Below are positions 33,820 to 42,572 of a DNA stretch of 64,000 nucleotides, piece after piece. The translations under genes were made by a program, and so were the position numbers. The DNA is taken from NCBI GenBank assembly GCA_949296855.1, contig CASFRN010000164.1, positions 8,127 to 72,126 of the forward strand, read 5' to 3'. Position 1 is the stretch's first letter; each line of letters opens with the position of its first letter. The notes beneath the pieces are model-generated. The model was not told where the DNA came from, did not search any database, and saw nothing but the letters and a program-made list of their open reading frames with translations. The stretch comes from an uncultured Bacteroides sp. GTDB lineage: Bacteria > Bacteroidota > Bacteroidia > Bacteroidales > Bacteroidaceae.

Positions 33820-34869
33820 ATGAACTTGCTTTACTCCATATACCATCATGTAGGACGGCTTTTACCGACTGTGGCAGCCCTCTTGTCTTTAGCTTCGTGC
33901 CATACTGTTTGGGATGATGACGACTGTCCCGTTGACATTGAGTATCGGGTAAAGTTCAAGTACGACTACAACATGCTCTTTACCGATGCGTTTGCCACAC
34001 AAGTGCAATCGGTTACCCTCTATGCGTTTGATGAACAAGGCAAACTGGTACTTCAGCAGTCCGAACAAGGCGAAGCGTTGAGCCGTAGCGATTATACCAT
34101 GAAGCTTGACCTTACTCCCGGCAATTATCGGCTGGTAGCATGGGCAGGCTTAGCGGAAGGCGACGCTTTCGAAGTGCCTGTAATGGATGAAGGGGTTTCG
34201 GTACAGGAAGACTTGACATGCCGCATCAACCGTTATCAGCGTACCTTGCACGGTGAGGAGATTGATTCGGTGGGCTATCTTCATTCGTTGTGGCATGGCA
34301 TGGCCGATACGCAATTGCAGCAATCGCGGGCAGAAGTGAATACGCAACTTGTTACCGTGCCTTTGATGAAGAACACCAATACTTTCCGCATCATTCTCCA
34401 GCAAATGGCGGAAGGGCAGATGGACGCATCAGCTTTTGAGTTTGCCATCACCGACGAGAACGGGATGATGACCCATGAAAATCGTGTGGTGGAAGGCGAT
34501 GGTGTGTTGACTTATATGCCTTATCATCAAGTGCAAGGCTCGACAGTGGTAGAAGGTGAAGCTTCGGAAGAACAACTGAACATGGTGGTGGCTGAACTGA
34601 CTACAGGAAGGCTGATGGCGGATGCCGGGACACGTCTTACTGTCTCCAACCGCGAGACGGGGGAGACTGTGCTTTCCATTCCTTTAATAGATTACTTGGA
34701 ACTCTGTAAGACGGTAGCCAACTACGATATGCCTTTGCAAGAGTATCTCGACCGTGAAGATACCTATAATATGACGTTCTTCCTCGATTCGGATAACGCT
34801 TGGATTAACACCCAAATCATTATCAATGACTGGATAGTCCGTTATAACGACATAACTCCCGACTTATGA
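33820..34869 (+). CDS. FimB/Mfa2-family pilus anchor/terminator subunit
   Basis: Lipobox LASC, followed by HTVWDDDDCP and VKFKYDYNM. C-terminal NDWIVRYNDI. The ATG at 33820 is preferred over the TTG at 33814. Confidence 0.75.
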   Translation: MNLLYSIYHHVGRLLPTVAALLSLASCHTVWDDDDCPVDIEYRVKFKYDYNMLFTDAFATQVQSVTLYAFDEQGKLVLQQSEQGEALSRSDYTMKLDLTPGNYRLVAWAGLAEGDAFEVPVMDEGVSVQEDLTCRINRYQRTLHGEEIDSVGYLHSLWHGMADTQLQQSRAEVNTQLVTVPLMKNTNTFRIILQQMAEGQMDASAFEFAITDENGMMTHENRVVEGDGVLTYMPYHQVQGSTVVEGEASEEQLNMVVAELTTGRLMADAGTRLTVSNRETGETVLSIPLIDYLELCKTVANYDMPLQEYLDREDTYNMTFFLDSDNAWINTQIIINDWIVRYNDITPDL

Positions 34870-35969
34870 TGAAAAGATGGTTTCTACATAGTATGGTTTG
34901 CCTGTTGGCGTTCATCGGGGTAGCTTGCTCGGACGATGCCGGAAACATGCCGATGGATAATGCCGGCAATGTAAGGCTTCGCTTGCAGTTGGCATTGCCT
35001 GCAGGCGGTGGCGTGTCGCGTACGGAAAGTTTTCTTGAGAATGGCGTTGGGTTGGAGAACTACATCGATTTTTTCGATGAAGACCGATACCGCATTTACT
35101 TTTTCAATTCCGATGATAAGTTTATAGCTCGGTTCATGCCTACCGTTGTAGATATGTCTTTAGAAAACCAGTATATTTTGTATCAGGTAGAAGGGGATGT
35201 GCCGGAAGAGCTTATGCCTCAATCGGGAACGATGGATTTTAAAATCGTAGTATTAGGCAACTGGGACACGTATCAAGAGCTGGTGGCAGAAAAAACCACT
35301 ATTGAACAACTATGCAAGGCAGATTGGGCTACGTTCGATTGTTTTACGGATGGTTTCGAATTGAGCAAACCCGGTAAACTGATACCGTTTTACGGTGTGC
35401 ATGAATACAAAGACATTGCCTTTGAAGATGGAAAGATTGTTAACTTGCCAGCTCCTGTCACTTTGCTCCGTGCTATGGCGAAAGTAGAGGTTGTGCTTGA
35501 AACGAAAGGGATGTCGTTCAGCAGTGTTTCCATTCAGGGGTATAACCAGGAAGGGTATTGTGCGCCAAGCGGTGTGGATTCGCAAGAGGATTATGATTAT
35601 GATGAAAACCGGCTTGCATTGCATTTGATAGGCGGTACAAATGATGAAGGTGCTGCTTCTCGATCTCTTCCTTTCCTGCATATCGAAGGAGAAGACAATG
35701 ACACTTGGATTGCTTATTTGCCGGAATATGATAATAGGAGTGATGAATCTGAAGCCGCACATATCGAAGTCCGTTTTGATATTCAGACAGAAGACGACGC
35801 AAAGGATTTTATAATCTATTTCTCTGATGACCAAGACGATAAAAGTAAAACATTTGATATCGTCCGCAATAATCTTTATCGTTTCAATGTAACGATAGAC
35901 CCGAAAGGCAAGTTGGCGATTGAAGTGAATAAGTGGGATGAAATTTTTGAAAACAATTTTATTTTCTAA
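34866..35969 (+). CDS. Accessory pilin-like lipoprotein (Mfa3/4-like position)
   Basis: Lipobox GVACS and the N-terminal strand VRLRLQLALP...SRT. Overlaps the upstream stop as ATGA. Confidence 0.6.
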   Translation: MMKRWFLHSMVCLLAFIGVACSDDAGNMPMDNAGNVRLRLQLALPAGGGVSRTESFLENGVGLENYIDFFDEDRYRIYFFNSDDKFIARFMPTVVDMSLENQYILYQVEGDVPEELMPQSGTMDFKIVVLGNWDTYQELVAEKTTIEQLCKADWATFDCFTDGFELSKPGKLIPFYGVHEYKDIAFEDGKIVNLPAPVTLLRAMAKVEVVLETKGMSFSSVSIQGYNQEGYCAPSGVDSQEDYDYDENRLALHLIGGTNDEGAASRSLPFLHIEGEDNDTWIAYLPEYDNRSDESEAAHIEVRFDIQTEDDAKDFIIYFSDDQDDKSKTFDIVRNNLYRFNVTIDPKGKLAIEVNKWDEIFENNFIF

Positions 35970-38359
35970 TGATTATGAAACATACTCTATACCTGTTGAT
36001 AGTGGTGCTGATAAGTGTATTGTCGGTAAGTTGTTCCGAAGAGAGACTGGCTGGCAGTGTGTCTTCTTCCGAATTTGAAGAAGGGGAATTGGTGTTGGCG
36101 TCTCTTCATTTATCAGTCAATGGCTTTGAGGTAAATGTACAGTCTGGTTCAAGAGCACCCGAAGATGAACCGACTCAAGAAGAACTTGCGGATGAAGAAA
36201 TTGCAATCCATAACATTTGGGTATTCCAGTTTAATACAAACGGTGACCAATTAATCAACCCGCGTTATTATGAGATTACCGATCAAGCTGAATTACAGGA
36301 TTTAAAAGTTTGGTTAAAGCCGGGTGTGGCTTCTACGGTTTACGTGGTGGCAAATACAGGCCAGCCCGATTGGATAAAGGAAAATACGGATGTCAGCACG
36401 CTTACAAAATTGGAATCATTGGATTTGTTTAACCTGGATCCTCAGTTTATCAATGAAGGGAAACCCTTGTCGCTTCCGATGGAAGGCAAGGAGGATAATG
36501 TAACTGTAAGTGAAGTGAGTGGGACACCGGAAAATAACGTCACGGTTCATGTGACACGTATGTTTGCTAAGTTGCAGGTAAAGGTGAGTATCACTCCAGC
36601 GAATATAAAGCTGCGGAATATTGCGATAAACCGCATTCCGTTAGTAAGTAAAATAAAGGAGCGGACAGGAGAGGGGGATGATAAGACTAATTATAATACA
36701 GGAGATAGAGGGTATTGGTACGATGACTTTTTTGATGAGTCAGATGACGTAAGTAAGACTTACGTAATGTATATGGCTGAAAATATGCAAGGCCGGATAG
36801 ACAATAATTCAGAAAAGGATGAGGAGAATGCTCCGGCAAATGCATTTGAAATAGGTGTAAATGTGATTCATACGAGTGTTGATGATGGTTCCACTACTTA
36901 TCCTACTTATAAAGTCTATCCGGGGCAAAATATGACGAACGACTTCAATATCAAGCGGAATTGCATTTATAATATCACGGTTAATATCGAACACGATGAG
37001 AAAGTCAATGTTCCTTCTTCCAATTGCTTTATTGTCATACCGGGTAGACTGTTAGCCTTCGAACCTTATTATCGCACGGAAACAGGCGGGGGATTTAGGA
37101 TTGAAGATTATTTGAATCCGGATGAGGAATCTAAAGCGATAGACCGGGTTTCTATTCTTTGGCAGACAGAAAATGCCATAGGTGATAATACAAGCGGAGA
37201 TTTGGTGTATTATGATAGCGGGCAGAAGAAAATTTATGTGAGAACTCAGGAAGGAAATGAAGGCAATGCTTTGATTGCGGCTTATAATAAAGCAGGTGAA
37301 ATTATTTGGTCATGGCACATTTGGGTAACAGGTAACGACCCGGCTAATCTAACTAATTCAATCCGGTATACTACGTATCGTTGGGATGAAAAGGGTATTT
37401 ATACGGAGGAACAGCGTGTGCCGGGATATCAAGTGATGTCATGCAATTTAGGTGCATTGGCAAATGAACCAGCAAATGCAACAGACACCAAACCTTTTGG
37501 TTTGCTGTATCAATGGGGACGGAAAGACCCTTTCCCGCCTGTTGAAGATGGAGGTGGTATTACTGAGTATGCATACGGTAAAGCTGTGCGTCGGATGTAT
37601 TATGACAATACCAATCGGGAGATTGTGGGAATAACTTCAGGTATTTATGGCGCGGACGCTACTTCAGGTAATAATCTTTTCTATTCCGTAATGGGGAATG
37701 CGCTTTCTCCCCAAGACCCGTTGATATATGCCATTCAGCATCCTACTGTGTTTATATGCGGTACAGCAGCGGATAGGCATTATACGGAATCTGCTTTACA
37801 ATCAGTAAGTAGTTATGCAAACAATGGAGATTGGAATTACAAGAGCAACGATGAATTGTGGGGTGGTAAAACTCCGGACAATAGTGGGAATATGAAAAAA
37901 TTGAATATCGGTACCGCAACCATATACAATAATTATGAAGGTACTGACAAGTCTATTTTTGACCCATGTCCGTATGGTTGGAGGGTTCCGCCTGGTGACT
38001 TTTGGTTAGGTTTTACTAAAACAGGAATAAATCCGACCACGTGGGAAGAGATTAATGTTTATGAGCCTGCTGGTTGGAATAAAAATTGGTGGGGAACATA
38101 CATATATTTGACCGATTGGAAAAATGGGAAGTATACTTATTTCCCCAATCAAGGGACACGTGTCAGCAGCGGATATGGTATAAGAGTGGGCCAGTGTGGA
38201 AATTATCACAATGCCACGACAGATGATGATAACAGAGTGAATATCTTACATATTCATAATGATTTTAGTTTATTCCATATATTTGAAACTGACTTTCGAT
38301 TCTATTACGTGAAGTCTGTTGCCGGTCCGATACGTTGTGTACGTGAATCGCAACAATGA
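35969..38359 (+). CDS. Pilus tip/adhesin candidate: pilin-like N-terminus fused to a FISUMP/DUF1566-like C-terminal domain
   Basis: Lipobox SVSC and the N-terminal strand LASLHLSV...SGSRA. The C-terminal half has LYQWGRKDPF, FDPCPYGWRVP and YFPNQGTR. An alternative ATG lies at 35975. Confidence 0.65.
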   Translation: MIMKHTLYLLIVVLISVLSVSCSEERLAGSVSSSEFEEGELVLASLHLSVNGFEVNVQSGSRAPEDEPTQEELADEEIAIHNIWVFQFNTNGDQLINPRYYEITDQAELQDLKVWLKPGVASTVYVVANTGQPDWIKENTDVSTLTKLESLDLFNLDPQFINEGKPLSLPMEGKEDNVTVSEVSGTPENNVTVHVTRMFAKLQVKVSITPANIKLRNIAINRIPLVSKIKERTGEGDDKTNYNTGDRGYWYDDFFDESDDVSKTYVMYMAENMQGRIDNNSEKDEENAPANAFEIGVNVIHTSVDDGSTTYPTYKVYPGQNMTNDFNIKRNCIYNITVNIEHDEKVNVPSSNCFIVIPGRLLAFEPYYRTETGGGFRIEDYLNPDEESKAIDRVSILWQTENAIGDNTSGDLVYYDSGQKKIYVRTQEGNEGNALIAAYNKAGEIIWSWHIWVTGNDPANLTNSIRYTTYRWDEKGIYTEEQRVPGYQVMSCNLGALANEPANATDTKPFGLLYQWGRKDPFPPVEDGGGITEYAYGKAVRRMYYDNTNREIVGITSGIYGADATSGNNLFYSVMGNALSPQDPLIYAIQHPTVFICGTAADRHYTESALQSVSSYANNGDWNYKSNDELWGGKTPDNSGNMKKLNIGTATIYNNYEGTDKSIFDPCPYGWRVPPGDFWLGFTKTGINPTTWEEINVYEPAGWNKNWWGTYIYLTDWKNGKYTYFPNQGTRVSSGYGIRVGQCGNYHNATTDDDNRVNILHIHNDFSLFHIFETDFRFYYVKSVAGPIRCVRESQQ

Positions 38360-38602
38360 TGTATTCATTTTCGTATGTGCTTTGGGATGAGTTCAAAACA
38401 GTTTCTTAGAAGATAAAAAATCTCTATCGCGAGGAGGTGTCCTCGTACATTTTACTTAAATTAGTAATCTATATTTAAGAATCGGTTCGCAGGGATGCGC
38501 GCCGGTTCTATTTTTTATCCTCTTCGGCAAACAGGATGATTCAGATTCTTTTTTCCTTTGCAGATAAGTGCTGTCTATCAACAAAATTTACATTAAAATC
38601 CT

Positions 38603-38610
38603 TACCTTTG
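38603..38610 (+). promoter_or_regulatory. Candidate -7 box (TACCTTTG) about 350 nt upstream of the caspase-locus first gene
   Basis: Matches TAnnTTTG. It lies downstream of an imperfect hairpin with a T-run at about 38481-38520 that probably ends the pilus operon. Confidence 0.45.
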
Positions 38611-38963
38611 TAAAAAATTATGGCTCACGATGAACGCTCTTTGCAAAACTTTTCCTATCTTTGAGCCGTTGCATAGTGCAACAGACATAATGTAGGAAGC
38701 GTTTAGCTTTATTCCATACTGATGAACTTCGACAACTCATTGCATATTGGAATAAGAAAGACGTTCTTCCTTTGGTGTGTTATATATGTTTCTCTACAGC
38801 ATATACAGCCAAAGGTGTGAGCCATTTCTTTATCTATATGCAAGGCAGTCGAAGGCCTATCAGTAGGATAAACTAATTGGCTCACACTTCTTTTTATGCC
38901 TGCCAATTAACTTTAGCCGCATCGTCGGGCCTTCGGTGCAACCACCTTAAATTACTTTTTATT

Positions 38964-39527
38964 ATGAGAATCAGCCCGCTTATTCTCGTTACCCTATTGG
39001 TCCTGTCGGCTTTTTCTGCTTGCAAAAGCAGCCGGAATATGACTGAGACCTTTACAGGGAAAGATTTCCCGTTCGATTCTGTTGTCGCCTCTTGGCTGGG
39101 CGACAGTGTGTGCGATGCGTTTCATACGCCTTCTTGGGTGTATGCATATAAGATGCGTCCGAAGCATGCCGAGACAGATACGCTTATCGGCGGATATGCT
39201 GTTGACTATGTTATTGGCAAGTTGGACGAATCGTGTTATGCACCTTTATTGTTTTTTTTGAAAGATACTGCCAATTACGTTTTAAGCGATGAAACGGTAA
39301 AGACATTGTTTTCGCCCAACATCGGATTTGAGTTCGCCAGCCCGAAGTATGGCAAGACTTATCTGCTGATAGCATTCAACGGCAGCCAGTTGCAGGTAGT
39401 CAGTCAAGACCGAACTGTCTTGCATAAACAATTTAAGAACAAGTATTTCCTCTTGCGCTTTGCCGAAAAACTGCTGCCCGGCAACGAGTTCATCCGAAGA
39501 GAATTATCCCGTAACCGTCAAAACTGA
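38964..39527 (+). CDS. Lipoprotein, function unknown
   Basis: The ATG at 38964 gives MRISPLILVTLLVLSAFSACKSS, a lipobox. The track start at 38877 is TTG and adds a non-signal extension. Confidence 0.65.
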   Translation: MRISPLILVTLLVLSAFSACKSSRNMTETFTGKDFPFDSVVASWLGDSVCDAFHTPSWVYAYKMRPKHAETDTLIGGYAVDYVIGKLDESCYAPLLFFLKDTANYVLSDETVKTLFSPNIGFEFASPKYGKTYLLIAFNGSQLQVVSQDRTVLHKQFKNKYFLLRFAEKLLPGNEFIRRELSRNRQN

Positions 39528-39532
39528 AAATC

Positions 39533-40669
39533 ATGAAACACATTCGCTTGTTTATAGCTTGCGTAGCGATGACGCTCTGCGTTTCGCTGAAAGCACAGAC
39601 TTTCCATGCCATTCTTTTCGCTGACACGAACGATAAACGCATCGGCAAAAGTACAGCCATCGACCTGAACAATGTCAGCAACATGCTGGTAGAGGCACAA
39701 AGCTCCCTGAAAGGAAAAATGGAGTTCGTTTATTATGTTTACCCCGGCAATTATTGTTCTCCGCAGAATCTGAGGAAAGTGTTAGACAACATCCGTTGCC
39801 AGTCGGACGATGTGGTGTTTTTTTATTATAGCGGGCATGGAGGACGCTCCATGCAAGACACTTCCCCTTATCCGCAAATGTGCTTGGGGCAGCGCGACGA
39901 GTCGAAGATGATTTCGGTAGAAGGCTTAGACCGTGCCCTTGCCCGCAAGAATCCCCGCTTGCGCTTTGTCATTACAGACTGCTGCAATTCGGAAGACGAG
40001 GATATTACGCCTAAGCTGGAAATCAGCAGAGGAAGTTCCATGGTCAGTTCGAAAACGGAGCGTAATTACGCGAAACTCTTCCTGGGCAAGTACGGAAATG
40101 TCATTGTGACTTCGAGCAAAGCGGGAGAGACTTCCTCCGGCAATAATGTGAGAGGGGGACGCTTTACTTACTGTTTGCTTGCCGTGCTCGAAAATGCCAT
40201 CCGGCAAGACGTAACCGACTGGCAACTCATTATGGATGCCGTAAAAGAAGGCACCGCCGAGTATTCTTCTGGCGAGATGCATCCGTTTGGCGAAGTGCAT
40301 GTAAGTGCTACTCCGCCTGTTGCCGCCCAGCCTGAACCGGAAACTGCTCCGGCTCCTGTGCAAGAAGAAGTAGCCACGCAAGACGTGTTGTTGCCCGACC
40401 TTTTGAAGCTGGTGGATACCAGTATCGGTGCGTCGAAACGTCTGAATATGGTAACTCCTCTTTTACGGAAGCATTTTGCCAACGGCAATGTCATCGTAGA
40501 AGCCTTGGGCAAAGACAGCCGTACGGTGGTCAATCAGGAAACTGCCCAAGAGTTTTTGGAACGGCTGAGCACCTCTTTCTTCTTGGTCAACTTCAATATC
40601 TTGTCCGTAGAGCGGGACAGCAACCGGAAGATTACCTCATTAAGAATTCACGAAGTGTATAAACAATAA
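39533..40669 (+). CDS. Exported caspase-like (peptidase C14) protein with a Pro-rich linker and a C-terminal domain of about 90 aa of unknown function
   Basis: Signal peptide MKHIRLFIACVAMTLCVSLKAQ. Catalytic His in FFYYSGHGG (codon 39836-39838). Catalytic Cys in VITDCCNS (codons 39980-39985). Linker PPVAAQPEPETAPAPV. Confidence 0.8.
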   Translation: MKHIRLFIACVAMTLCVSLKAQTFHAILFADTNDKRIGKSTAIDLNNVSNMLVEAQSSLKGKMEFVYYVYPGNYCSPQNLRKVLDNIRCQSDDVVFFYYSGHGGRSMQDTSPYPQMCLGQRDESKMISVEGLDRALARKNPRLRFVITDCCNSEDEDITPKLEISRGSSMVSSKTERNYAKLFLGKYGNVIVTSSKAGETSSGNNVRGGRFTYCLLAVLENAIRQDVTDWQLIMDAVKEGTAEYSSGEMHPFGEVHVSATPPVAAQPEPETAPAPVQEEVATQDVLLPDLLKLVDTSIGASKRLNMVTPLLRKHFANGNVIVEALGKDSRTVVNQETAQEFLERLSTSFFLVNFNILSVERDSNRKITSLRIHEVYKQ

Positions 40670-40683
40670 AACAAGGATAGAAA

Positions 40684-41136
40684 ATGAAAAAGATTTTACT
40701 TGCTGTATGGTGCAGCCTGATGGTTGCCTTTACAATGAATGCGCAGACATCGTCGGGAAACGAAGTGGTAGATGAAATATTGAAAAGAGATGATGTGTCC
40801 ACATTAGAAAAAGGATTTGCTCAAAAAGGGATTGAAGCAAAAGTCCGGATTTATTTTGAATCGAAACAAAATGAACTCATATATAGTTTCCGTGTTTTCG
40901 ATGCAGATGTGTATGATGTGCTTGATGTAGACCAATTGTTATCTGTTTTTGTAACAGGGACACTCGAAGGGTGTAAGACAGCGGATGGAACAGGGAATTG
41001 GATGGTATGGATAAGCAATGAATTCAAGCGTACCGATACGGGTATTCGGATGGAAATTCTCTATGGCAATCAAAAGAAAACTGCATCCGTTACAGCTGAT
41101 GAAATAATAGATATCGCTTACAAAATGTTTCAATAA
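40684..41136 (+). CDS. Exported protein, function unknown
   Basis: Signal peptide MKKILLAVWCSLMVAFTMNAQ. Lies 14 nt after the upstream stop. Confidence 0.6.
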   Translation: MKKILLAVWCSLMVAFTMNAQTSSGNEVVDEILKRDDVSTLEKGFAQKGIEAKVRIYFESKQNELIYSFRVFDADVYDVLDVDQLLSVFVTGTLEGCKTADGTGNWMVWISNEFKRTDTGIRMEILYGNQKKTASVTADEIIDIAYKMFQ

Positions 41137-41148
41137 TAGCATCATTTT

Positions 41149-41754
41149 ATGAAAAAACTGATTATCACTTTCATGATTATACTTGTTGCATGGGGATGGA
41201 CAATTCCGCTCCGTGCACAGACCAATGACTTGAGTCCGGAAGAATTGGAAATGTTCCGTACGGAAGTAAAGAACCGGACGAACCGCTTCCAAATGTACTT
41301 AACGTTTATCGGGAGCAAGAAGAACGATTTGAATACGAAGAAAGCTTATATTAAGCAAGCCTTGCAATTGTTTATCGGTAAAGGCGAAAAATACGAAGAT
41401 GGATACGGCAATGTCCAACCTGCCGTAGGGATGGAGACTACCTCCAAATATAAGAAGAAAAAGTCGTGGCAACTGACAAAACAATATCTGAACCGGTTGG
41501 CTAATATGACTTACAAGGAAATAGAAATCACATGGGTTGATACCTGCCGTGTAAGCAATTTCTATAAGGTAAAAGACGGGCTGTATACCGCTACGGTTAC
41601 CGTTTCGCAACGTTTTGCCGGTTATCGGGATAACGGAGGCTATACTGATACGACAGTCAAGACCATAGAGATTTTCTTGGAAGAATACCTGACTCCTGTA
41701 GGCAGAAGGTATCGCATCCTTTTCGGAGACATTGAAGCCCTTGAAACTTATTGA
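41149..41754 (+). CDS. Exported protein, function unknown
   Basis: Signal peptide MKKLIITFMIILVAWGWTIPLRAQ. Lies 12 nt after the upstream stop. Confidence 0.6.
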   Translation: MKKLIITFMIILVAWGWTIPLRAQTNDLSPEELEMFRTEVKNRTNRFQMYLTFIGSKKNDLNTKKAYIKQALQLFIGKGEKYEDGYGNVQPAVGMETTSKYKKKKSWQLTKQYLNRLANMTYKEIEITWVDTCRVSNFYKVKDGLYTATVTVSQRFAGYRDNGGYTDTTVKTIEIFLEEYLTPVGRRYRILFGDIEALETY

Positions 41755-41759
41755 AAGCC

Positions 41760-42572
41760 ATGAAACGAATATTACTCTCGCTGATAAGCGTATTGTGTGT
41801 CTGTCCGCTGTGCATAGGGCAGACTGCATTGCCCGACTCTGTTTGGCAAACTGAATTTAACTTCCGTGTAAAACAATTGGATGAGTTTATGGCACGGTTT
41901 AACGGAGAAGAGGCTGTAGATGTCAACGTGGCGGATTCGTTAAAACGTCCGTTGAATCTGCTTTATTTGTTCGACCGTGAACTATTTGCCTCCAACCGTG
42001 ATTCTATGTTGCAGAAGGTAAACGCTTTTATAGATACTGTAATTACTCAGCGGAATGCCTTATGTTATGAAGACGGGGGCTGGTTTGCCGAAGTGGGTTG
42101 TAACTGTATATATAAAGGTAAGAAAGATACGCTTACCCTTTATTTGAAGCCGGAAAAGATAGAAGAGTTCCAATACCGTTGGGTGGTTATCGGTGCTAAA
42201 GGCAAGTTGCTTCAGCTGATACCAGCCAAGCGGAACCGTGGCTTGGATATTCTGCCTAATAATCATGAAGTGTCTTTCCGTGCCTTGTCGAAAATCGCTC
42301 AGTTAGGAAGTAACAACATCCTGAATTATGCCGAGCGTGATTATGTGCCCGACGGGCTTTCCGCTTTTTATGCGTTGGTTTATTCCGATGCTTTGAAGAT
42401 AGAGACTACGGGGCAAATTACCTATCATTTCCTTGAAGTGCCCGGTTATGTGTTTACCGTAGAACGGTTTAACCGGAAAGGGACTAATACCGGTTGGCTG
42501 ATTTCACGGCTTATCCCTATGCACGAAACAGAAAAACAAGCTTATTACAATCAATTTTTAAAAACCGAATGA
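41760..42572 (+). CDS. Exported protein, function unknown
   Basis: The ATG at 41760 gives MKRILLSLISVLCVCPLCIGQ. The track start at 41751 is TTG and overlaps the upstream stop. Confidence 0.6.
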   Translation: MKRILLSLISVLCVCPLCIGQTALPDSVWQTEFNFRVKQLDEFMARFNGEEAVDVNVADSLKRPLNLLYLFDRELFASNRDSMLQKVNAFIDTVITQRNALCYEDGGWFAEVGCNCIYKGKKDTLTLYLKPEKIEEFQYRWVVIGAKGKLLQLIPAKRNRGLDILPNNHEVSFRALSKIAQLGSNNILNYAERDYVPDGLSAFYALVYSDALKIETTGQITYHFLEVPGYVFTVERFNRKGTNTGWLISRLIPMHETEKQAYYNQFLKTE

